Below, piece after piece: positions 57,377-64,000 of a stretch of DNA of 64,000 nucleotides (positions within the stretch are counted from its first letter, which is position 1; each line of letters starts with the position of its first letter). Source of the DNA: an uncultured Armatimonadia bacterium. Its GTDB lineage: Bacteria; Armatimonadota; Zipacnadia; UBA1398; CAZMGT01. The notes below the pieces were generated by a model. It was not told the origin of the DNA, did not search any database, and saw only the letters and a program-made list of their open reading frames with translations. A program made the position numbers and the translations under genes. The DNA is taken from positions 7,308 through 71,307 of the forward strand of contig CAZMGT010000009.1 in NCBI GenBank assembly GCA_964565895.1, read 5' to 3'.

Positions 57377-58432
57377 ATGCGGCTGTTCGGCAACCTGCGG
57401 CTGGGGACCGACCTGGGCATTGACCTGGGGACGTCGAACATCGTCGTCTACCAGCGGGGCAAGGGGATTGTCCTCGACGAGCCCGCGGTCGTCGCCGTGG
57501 ACAAAAACACGGGCCGGGTGTTGGAGATCGGCCACGCCGCGCGGGAGATGCTCGGCCGCACCCCGGGGCGGATCATCGCCACCCGCCCCCTGCGCGATGG
57601 GGTAATCGCGGAGTACGCGATTACCGCGAAAATGCTTAAGCAAATTATCCGCAGCGTGTGCGGCCGGCGCAGCTTCTTCAAACCCTGTGTTATCGTTAGT
57701 GTCCCCTCCGGGATAACCAACGTTGAGCGCCGCGCGGTGATCGAGGCCGCGCTCGACGCCGGCGCGAAAAAGGCGATTCCCATCGAGGAGCCGATGGCCG
57801 CGGCGATCGGCGCCGGCCTGCCCATCGAGGGCCCGGGCGGGTGCATGATCATCGACATCGGCGGGGGCACGACGGACATGGCCGTCATCTCGCTCGGCGG
57901 CCTGGTCGTCAGCGATTCTCTGCGTATCGCGGGAAACCGCATGGATCAGGCAATTCAGCGCCACATCCGCCGCGTGCACGATCTGTATATCGGCGAGACG
58001 ACGGCCGAGGAGATTAAGATCCGCATCGGCTCGGCGTTTCCCCAGGAGCCGGAGCTGCGCATGGACGTTCGCGGGCGCGACATGATCACCGGTCTCCCGC
58101 GCACCGTTACCGTGCGCTCGGAGGAGGTGCGCGAGGCGATTATGGAGCCCGTGTCGGCGATCGTCGAGCGGGTAAAGCTTTTGCTGGAGAACACGCCGCC
58201 GGAGCTGGGCGCGGACATCATCGACCGCGGGATTACCCTAAGCGGGGGCTGCGCGCTGCTCCGCGGGCTGGACAAACTGCTTTCCGCGGAGACGCAGGTG
58301 CCCACGGTCGTCGCCGACGACCCGCTGAAGTGCGTGGCGCGGGGGACGGGGCTCGCCCTGGAGCACCTGGACGCCATCGAGGAGAGCATTACCGCCGAGC
58401 CGCGGGCGCAACTGCCCAGCGACCTGTTCTAG
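57377..58432 (+). CDS. mreB: Rod shape-determining protein MreB/Mbl
   Basis: DLGIDLGTSNIVVY, IIDIGGGTTDMAVISLGG, and the actin-like ATPase layout. ATG 57377 (MRLFGNLRLGTDLGIDLGT) is preferred to the upstream ATG 57323. Confidence 0.9.
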   Translation: MRLFGNLRLGTDLGIDLGTSNIVVYQRGKGIVLDEPAVVAVDKNTGRVLEIGHAAREMLGRTPGRIIATRPLRDGVIAEYAITAKMLKQIIRSVCGRRSFFKPCVIVSVPSGITNVERRAVIEAALDAGAKKAIPIEEPMAAAIGAGLPIEGPGGCMIIDIGGGTTDMAVISLGGLVVSDSLRIAGNRMDQAIQRHIRRVHDLYIGETTAEEIKIRIGSAFPQEPELRMDVRGRDMITGLPRTVTVRSEEVREAIMEPVSAIVERVKLLLENTPPELGADIIDRGITLSGGCALLRGLDKLLSAETQVPTVVADDPLKCVARGTGLALEHLDAIEESITAEPRAQLPSDLF

Positions 58433-58448
58433 CCGCCGGAGGTGAGCG

Positions 58449-59711
58449 ATGGCCCTTTTTCTGGCCTGCCTGCTCGCCGCCCTGGCGGCGCCCGCCGACC
58501 TAGCCCAAACGGACCATCAGCTCGCCCTCCTGCGCTTTCGCTTGGGACAGCTTAGCCGAACGGTCGCCGAGCTGCCCCCGGACAGCCCCCTGCGCGAGGA
58601 GCTCGCCGGGCGCTGCGCCCGCGCGCGGGAGCGGCTGGCCGCTGCGGTGGCTCTCGCGGACAAGAGGAACCTCGCTCCGGGCGAGCGGGCCAGGCTGCGC
58701 CAAGCCCTGGGCGAAGCGCTGCGCCTGCTCGACCCGTTAGGCGCGTGGATTTGGCCCTGCGACCCCTACGCCCCGCTGCCCGAGACGGCCCTGCCCCCGG
58801 ACCTCGAGCGGCCGCTGGTTGTCTCGGCGGTTGCCGCGCGGGGCGAGCGCGAGCCGTTTGCCCTGGCGATAACCGATTTTTTCGGCCAAGCTACGCTTAG
58901 CCTGAGCCTCTCCCCATTTGCTTGCGCCGGCAAGCGGCGGCGGGAGCTTTCGCGCGAGCGAGTGAGCGTTTTTCTGACGAAAGTCCTCGGCCCCGCCCGC
59001 GGGCTGGGGGCAGCCCGGCCTGTGCGCGACCTGCCCCTGGACCTCGCCCGCGGCAGCTTCCCCCTCTCGCTCGCCCCGGGCGAGCGCACGGTCGCTCTCC
59101 TCGTTTGCGTAGACTGCGCCGACGCCCCGGCAGGGGTCTACCACGCCACGCTGCAGGTGGCCTCGTCGCACTGCGCGCAGATTCAAGCTATCGCCCTAGC
59201 GCTGCACGTGGTAGATGTTCCGCGCCCGGCAGCGGGCCTTCGCCTCGTCGCCCCGGCGGCCATAGCGCAGCGCGGCGAGCTGGTCGAGGCCGAGGCTCCG
59301 AAGGACGCCGTACGCTGGGCGATAGACGCCGGCGCTCTGCCCCCCGCGGGCGGGGGGCCGCTCTGGGCGTTGGGCTGCGCGGGGAGGACGTCGCCCGCGC
59401 GGCTGGCCTATCTTGCCTGGCGCATGCGCCCGCAGGCGGTGGGCTATGGCGATGCCGCCGCGGCGTTTCGCGTGGCCCCCGGGGCGCGCGGGGCCTGGCT
59501 GCGTTGCGCGCTGGAGGAGGTTGATGTGCTCGCCGGCTGCCTGCAGCGCCTGGCCCAAGCGCGGGAGATGGGGGGCGCGCAAGCTACCCGCGCGAAAGAG
59601 CTTCTCGCGCGGGCGGGCGCATGGGCAAAGGAAAACCCCGCCTACGAAGAAGTCGTCATATGGAAGGCCGCGGCGCTGAAGCTCCTCGCCAGCCAGCCTG
59701 GCGCGCGCTAA
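58449..59711 (+). CDS. Hypothetical secreted protein
   Basis: 420 aa. N-terminal signal-like MALFLACLLAALAAPADLA. Ala/Arg/Leu-rich with no recognisable family. Codon bias is consistent with coding. Confidence 0.4.
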   Translation: MALFLACLLAALAAPADLAQTDHQLALLRFRLGQLSRTVAELPPDSPLREELAGRCARARERLAAAVALADKRNLAPGERARLRQALGEALRLLDPLGAWIWPCDPYAPLPETALPPDLERPLVVSAVAARGEREPFALAITDFFGQATLSLSLSPFACAGKRRRELSRERVSVFLTKVLGPARGLGAARPVRDLPLDLARGSFPLSLAPGERTVALLVCVDCADAPAGVYHATLQVASSHCAQIQAIALALHVVDVPRPAAGLRLVAPAAIAQRGELVEAEAPKDAVRWAIDAGALPPAGGGPLWALGCAGRTSPARLAYLAWRMRPQAVGYGDAAAAFRVAPGARGAWLRCALEEVDVLAGCLQRLAQAREMGGAQATRAKELLARAGAWAKENPAYEEVVIWKAAALKLLASQPGAR

Positions 59712-59762
59712 GACCGCGGCACGGCAAAGCGCCGGGCCCCTCAGCGGGTAAAGGCCGCGCCC

Positions 59763-60920
59763 CTAGCCCAGCTCCACCAGCGGCGGGTTAACCCAGTCGT
59801 GGAAGCGCTCGGCGACGCGGCCCTCGCGCGCTCCGCCGCGATGGATATACACGCGATAGCGGAACGTAGCTTGGCTGTTTGCCCCAAGCAGCCAGTCGCC
59901 GCGCTTTGCCCCGGCGGTGAAGTAGGACAGGCCGAACGGGTTGGCGGTCATTAGGCCGTAGTTGCGCACGTGCCAATATGTGGGATAGCCGTAGTTTTCG
60001 GGGTGGTCGAAAATGGCCAGGCCAACGATCTCCTCGCCCACGGGGCCGGAGTAGTCGCACCACATGGCGCGCTTGCCCCACGTCTCGCCCTCGTTTATCG
60101 CGCCATAGGAGTTTTCGATCGTCCCCGCGCCGCTGGCGTTCATGCTCGGCTGGACGCGAACGCTAAGCAGGCCCCCCTCTTTTGTGTCGCCGAAGAGCAC
60201 GGCGGCCTCGCCCGCGCAAAAGGTAATCGTTACGTCGAAGCAGCGGGCATGGGCGGGCTGAGCAAAAAAGCGGATTGCGCGCAGCTCGCGGAGGATCTCT
60301 TGGCCGTCGCTCGTCGTCCAGACGTTCTCCGAGGTCAGGCAGCCGCTCGCCGGCCCGCCCTGCAGGCAGGTAAACCGCACGTGCTTGGTATACCCATGCC
60401 CCGGGCCCTCGGACCAGTTGTCCGTCCCGTTCACCAAGCCGTGGGCAACCCAGACCGATTTATGGTGTGGGTGGTCGAACGTGCGCGTGCTCTGCCAGCC
60501 GATACGTCGGGTAAGCTTTGCGCCGCCGGGGCCGACCAAGGGATAAAGGTAGGGCCGAGCGAGCTTTTTCCCGGCGTAGACATACTCGGTAAACATCTCG
60601 CCGGCGATCTCCACGCGCACCTTGTCCTTCAGCTTGCGCAGGCGCACGCCGGCGGCCTGTGTGCCGCGGGAGGCTGGGGCGACCGTAAAGCGCCGTGTCT
60701 CGCCGCGGGGCAGCTTGTCCAAGACGGTCCATAGGCAAACGCCCTCGCCACAGCGCTCGATCTGCCCGGGCAGGGCTTTGCCCCGGGCCTCGGGGCGCAG
60801 GGTCACCTCGCCTTCGAGCTCGGCCAGCTCGCCGGGCAGCGCGAGGCACAGCGGGGTGTGCTCGCGGTCGTGCTCGCCCGCGGAGATGGAGATGACAAAC
60901 TGTCTTCCGCTCGTACTCAC
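59763..60920 (-). CDS. PmoA-family (DUF6807-like) protein
   Basis: GTG start at 60920 with GGGAGGG Shine-Dalgarno. The ORF-track 5' extension to 61202 overlaps the neighbouring gene. Beta-rich ~385 aa. Family resemblance (W..G...DHP..YGY..W..R.YG) is a by-eye call. Confidence 0.45.
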   Translation of the reverse strand: MSTSGRQFVISISAGEHDREHTPLCLALPGELAELEGEVTLRPEARGKALPGQIERCGEGVCLWTVLDKLPRGETRRFTVAPASRGTQAAGVRLRKLKDKVRVEIAGEMFTEYVYAGKKLARPYLYPLVGPGGAKLTRRIGWQSTRTFDHPHHKSVWVAHGLVNGTDNWSEGPGHGYTKHVRFTCLQGGPASGCLTSENVWTTSDGQEILRELRAIRFFAQPAHARCFDVTITFCAGEAAVLFGDTKEGGLLSVRVQPSMNASGAGTIENSYGAINEGETWGKRAMWCDYSGPVGEEIVGLAIFDHPENYGYPTYWHVRNYGLMTANPFGLSYFTAGAKRGDWLLGANSQATFRYRVYIHRGGAREGRVAERFHDWVNPPLVELG

Positions 60921-61076
60921 AGCCCGCCCTCCCGCTCGGCAGTTGTTCCCCGCAAGGTTTGCCTTGAGCTTCGGCGAACAGGCAGGGGCGACCTGCCCGC
61001 GGGGGTCGCTGTGGGGAACTTCGCCCGTGGCGTGGGTGTCAGTACTGGTGAGCGAACTTTTCGGGAGGCGAAGCAA

Positions 61077-61475
61077 ATGCGCAGGTTGTCCCTCGCCGTG
61101 GCGCTTGCCGTTGTTGCTCTGTCCCTTTGCGTTTGCGCGGCCGATACGCAGCTTTCCGTCGTTGTTAACGGCAAGGCGCTTAAGGCGCACGGGCTGGTGC
61201 ACGGCAAGCGGGTGCTTGTGCCGATAATCGAGGTGGCCAAGGCCGCGGGGGCGAGCGACGTGGGGGTTATCGAGAACGTAAAGCCCGTGCGGATAAAGGT
61301 GTGCTTGGGCTCGCGCTGCGCGATTTTTAAGGTGGGCGACGGCCCGCGCGACGTGCTTTTGATAGACAAGGTTTACTACATCAACTACGACCTTCTGGCG
61401 AAGGCCCTCGGGGGCGCGGCGAAGTACGACGCGAAAGCGAAGAAAGTGGTGTTGCAGTTCGGGAAAAAAGGCTAA
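61077..61475 (+). CDS. Small secreted hypothetical protein
   Basis: MRRLSLAVALAVVALSLCVCAADTQ signal peptide. GGGAGG 7 nt upstream of ATG. 132 aa, Lys-rich. Confidence 0.45.
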   Translation: MRRLSLAVALAVVALSLCVCAADTQLSVVVNGKALKAHGLVHGKRVLVPIIEVAKAAGASDVGVIENVKPVRIKVCLGSRCAIFKVGDGPRDVLLIDKVYYINYDLLAKALGGAAKYDAKAKKVVLQFGKKG

Positions 61476-61564
61476 TACACGCGAGGGCAGAAGGCGGTCC
61501 TAGCGAAGGCGCTCCTAGGGCGTTCTGCGGTGCGGTGTTTGCGTCGGGGGCGGAGGTGAATAGA

Positions 61565-61807
61565 GTGGCAGACTGGCGCGGAAAAATTGTCGTCGACCCA
61601 GACATTATGTTCGGCAAGCCTGTGATCGCCGGGACACGCATTCCCGTGGAAAATATCCTGCGCAAACTCGCTCAAGGGAGATCCGTGGACGACATTATAA
61701 CCATTGACTACCCGCAGCTCACAAAAGACCAGGTATTAGCGACAATCGCTTACGCCTCCGACGTTGTCGCTATGGAGCGCGTTGTTCCCATCGATTCCGA
61801 CAAGTGA
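61565..61807 (+). CDS. DUF433 domain protein (antitoxin-like partner of DUF5615)
   Basis: DPDIMFGKPVIAGTRIPVENIL is the DUF433 HTH-like core. GTG after GGCGGAGGTG. Stop overlaps the next start (GTGA). Confidence 0.7.
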   Translation: MADWRGKIVVDPDIMFGKPVIAGTRIPVENILRKLAQGRSVDDIITIDYPQLTKDQVLATIAYASDVVAMERVVPIDSDK

Positions 61808-62163
61808 GATTCTTAGCAGACGAGAACATCGAGAGCCCAATCATCGAGGCGCTTGCCGCCGCGGGGCACGACGTTCTGTCCGTTGCCAAGAGCTTCCCCG
61901 GAGCCCGAAATGGATTTGTTTTGCAGAGGTCCCTTGCAGAACGTCGCGTTTTGCTGACCAGCGATAAGGACTTCGGCGAGCTAGTGTTCAGACTACGGCG
62001 GCCGTGCGCTGGTGTTCTTTTGCTCCGCTTGGGGGAAGAGGCAGCCGATGTTAAGGCAAGGCTCGTCGTCGACGCTCTTGCGGCCTATGGTCAACCGCTT
62101 TACGGAATGTTCGCCGTGCTAACGAGCGAGGAGCTGCGCGTGCGGCCGCTTGAGGCGCCGTAG
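61804..62163 (+). CDS. DUF5615 family PIN-like protein (toxin-like partner of DUF433)
   Basis: RFLADENIESPIIEALAAAGHDV...LLTSDKDFGEL is the DUF5615 signature (FLaDEn...L...G.dV...D.DF). Confidence 0.7.
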   Translation: MRFLADENIESPIIEALAAAGHDVLSVAKSFPGARNGFVLQRSLAERRVLLTSDKDFGELVFRLRRPCAGVLLLRLGEEAADVKARLVVDALAAYGQPLYGMFAVLTSEELRVRPLEAP

Positions 62164-62385
62164 CTTTTCAGCTACGACGCGTTGGCTCGCCGCCCTATGC
62201 CTTGCCCGCGGCCCGCGGCTTGCCGCGAATCGCCGGCTGAGGCAAAGGGACGCCGGCCTGCGCTTTTTCTGCGCGGGCGGGGGCGTGGGAAGCCGCGGGC
62301 AGTCGCCCCTATGCGCGCTGCGCTGCGATACGCGCTAAGCGCCGGCTACCTCTGCTGCCCCAACGCTGCTATGCCGCAGCCTAGG

Positions 62386-63081
62386 CTACACCCCGGGCGG
62401 GGGCGTGGGCTCGGGGGCAGGCGCTGGTGCCGGCGCGGCCTCCTCAGCGGGAGCAAAGTTGTCCCTATAGGCTGTAGCCACGGACATTACGGCGATCGGC
62501 GCGGTGATTAGGATCCCTACCCCGCAGACCACGGCGCCCAGGGCGTAGACGATGGCCACGACGATGAGAAAGCCGACAAAGCCGGCGAGGTTGGGCATAA
62601 CCTTTTCCTTGCTCGTGCCCATTGCCTCCCAGAAGCCCATGTGTCGGTCGATAATCAAAAACGGGGCGAACACATACATCGTCTCAACAACCAGCGCGCC
62701 CACGGCGACGGCGACATAGCCCAGCAGAACTATGATGCTCCCCAAATCCTCGCTCGCCTTCCCTAGCAGCCAGGCAAGCAGGGCAAACGGCGCGCCGGCG
62801 ACCACCGCGGCAATAAACGCAAACGCGCCAACGACAATTGCGCACAAAAGACCCTGGCCGAAATAGAACCCGTCGAACCCCTTGAACAGATCGCTAAACT
62901 CTATCCGTCCGCCGGTTTGCAGCTTGCGCAGGGCGATATAGCACAGCCCCATGCCCATCGCCACGTTGAGAATCGGCACTTGGGAAATTAGCCCAGCGAC
63001 GAGCACCACGAGGATCCACATCCCGATGTCGCCCTTGACCGCCTCCCACCCTTGGGAAATCCACGCCCCTGTGCGAACCAT
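62386..63081 (-). CDS. Hypothetical polytopic membrane protein with Pro/Ala-rich C-terminal tail
   Basis: ~5 TM helices. AGGAGG 5 nt upstream of ATG 63081. C-terminus APAPAPAPEPTPPP. Confidence 0.5.
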   Translation of the reverse strand: MVRTGAWISQGWEAVKGDIGMWILVVLVAGLISQVPILNVAMGMGLCYIALRKLQTGGRIEFSDLFKGFDGFYFGQGLLCAIVVGAFAFIAAVVAGAPFALLAWLLGKASEDLGSIIVLLGYVAVAVGALVVETMYVFAPFLIIDRHMGFWEAMGTSKEKVMPNLAGFVGFLIVVAIVYALGAVVCGVGILITAPIAVMSVATAYRDNFAPAEEAAPAPAPAPEPTPPPGV

Positions 63082-63194
63082 TGTCGCCTCCTATTCCGGG
63101 CGCCGCACAAAAAAAAGCTTGGCGGGGCCGCGATAATAAAAAAACAGCCAGCCCAAACGACTGGCATACATCCATTTTTGCCGGCGGGTATCCC

Positions 63195-64000
63195 CTAGCC
63201 CGACCAGCGGAAGAAAAACACATCGAGCACAAACACCAGATACAGCGGTGCGCCGACCAATAGCACATACGGGGAAAGGCGACGCATGACCTTCAGGCAG
63301 GACAAGACAAATGCTGCCGAAAGCAGAGCGACGATCACCGAGGTGGTTAGCCCCGGCCGGCCGGCGAACGACCACGGGGTAAACAGGATGCCGACCGCCG
63401 GGGTAATGGAGCTTTGGAAGACCATTGCCCCGGTAACGTTCCCCAGGGCGAGGGTATCCTTGCCGTCGCGCACCCAGATGATGCTGTTGAACTTCTCCGG
63501 CAGCTCGGAGACGATGGGCGCGATGATCAGGCTGAGCGTGGCCGCGGAGACCCCCGCCGTGGCCGCGATGAACGTAATCTCCTCGACGAACACGTGCGCC
63601 CCGCCGATGACCATCACCAGCGAGGCGAGGCACTGCACGATTACCCGCGACAAGCGCGGGTCTTGGCGGCGGGCGTCGAAGCGCAGTGGGCGGAGTTCGT
63701 CCGTGGCCTCGACCTTTCCCTGTTCGGCGAAGTGCGCGCGGACGTAGGCCACGTAAATGACAACGAGCACCACGGCGGCGCACACACGCAGGCCCGCCGT
63801 TTTCCACTGCTCGGGCAGGAAGGCCAGGCTACAGGCGAGGAGGTAGACAATAAAAAAATTGGCCAGGTCGCGCGAGAGGACGACGCTGTTTACGGGCATC
63901 TCGTGCGTCCTGCGCCCGCGCGCGGTATAGACGAACACGGAGATGGCGATGACCAAGAAGGCCAGCGTGCTGAGCAGAAACGGGGCGCCGAGGATCGCCC
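63195..64000 (-). CDS. Ca2+/Na+ antiporter (CaCA family, YrbG-like), 5'-partial; continues beyond window end
   Basis: Alpha-repeat-like LALGNVTGAMVFQSSI plus a ~10-TM hydrophobic profile. The ORF continues past position 64000 with no start in the window. Confidence 0.65.
   Translation of the reverse strand, partial: AILGAPFLLSTLAFLVIAISVFVYTARGRRTHEMPVNSVVLSRDLANFFIVYLLACSLAFLPEQWKTAGLRVCAAVVLVVIYVAYVRAHFAEQGKVEATDELRPLRFDARRQDPRLSRVIVQCLASLVMVIGGAHVFVEEITFIAATAGVSAATLSLIIAPIVSELPEKFNSIIWVRDGKDTLALGNVTGAMVFQSSITPAVGILFTPWSFAGRPGLTTSVIVALLSAAFVLSCLKVMRRLSPYVLLVGAPLYLVFVLDVFFFRWSG

Noticed and set aside
59970-60734. 254-aa + strand ORF antisense to the PmoA-family gene
   Set aside because: It has no Shine-Dalgarno and a low-complexity Ala/Gly/Arg translation, and it lies within a better-supported minus-strand CDS.

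Overview
High-GC (~68%) bacterial chromosomal window that is densely coding on both strands. It contains only housekeeping, cell-envelope and carbohydrate/sulfatase genes; no CRISPR array, IS element or recognisable phage or defence genes were found. Most gene calls come from by-eye family recognition of the supplied translations; only tRNA-Ser, the atp promoter and a few terminator hairpins were read from the nucleotide sequence alone.

Confidently recognised content:
- A 3' partial tldD on the minus strand at the left edge (not in the ORF track because it runs off the window).
- One tRNA-Ser(UGA).
- A division/morphogenesis block on the minus strand: yggS, sepF, proC, divIVA and a PstP-like membrane PP2C phosphatase.
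- dut, a Zn-dependent alcohol dehydrogenase, a DUF167 (YggU) protein, a CPBP protease, mrp/apbC, a MATE transporter and a very large MscK-like mechanosensitive channel.
- A carbohydrate-active set: polysaccharide-lyase-like, GH5-like, Cys-type sulfatase, Gfo/Idh/MocA oxidoreductase, RmlC/RmlA-like, DegT aminotransferase, GT2 and an FAD-dependent oxidoreductase.
- coaX, preceded by a translationally coupled RsbW-like kinase.
- A complete F1F0 ATP synthase operon (atpZ-atpI-atpBEFHAGDC) behind a textbook TTGACA-17-TACAAT promoter, followed by murA and mreB. This atpC-murA-mreB order is Firmicutes/Terrabacteria-like.
- A DUF433/DUF5615 toxin-antitoxin-like pair and a partial CaCA antiporter at the right edge.

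The most unusual locus is a minus-strand operon (33.9-40.7 kb). It carries two paralogous 2-hydroxyacyl-CoA-dehydratase / double-cubane-cluster family proteins and an HgdC/BcrAD-type ATPase activase. These are interleaved with a signal-peptide protein and preceded by an 881-aa secreted protein with a CBM9/DOMON-like C-terminus. This looks like an uncharacterised radical Fe-S enzyme module.

Other points worth follow-up are the PstP-like phosphatase beside sepF/divIVA with no kinase in the window, an M16 pseudo-peptidase lacking the HxxEH motif, an AT-rich palindrome in the mrp promoter, phased A-tract repeats upstream of a lipoprotein cluster, and two unusually long non-coding gaps (21.4-21.8 kb and 47.6-48.3 kb).

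Many long antisense ORFs in the six-frame track are GC-driven artefacts and were rejected.
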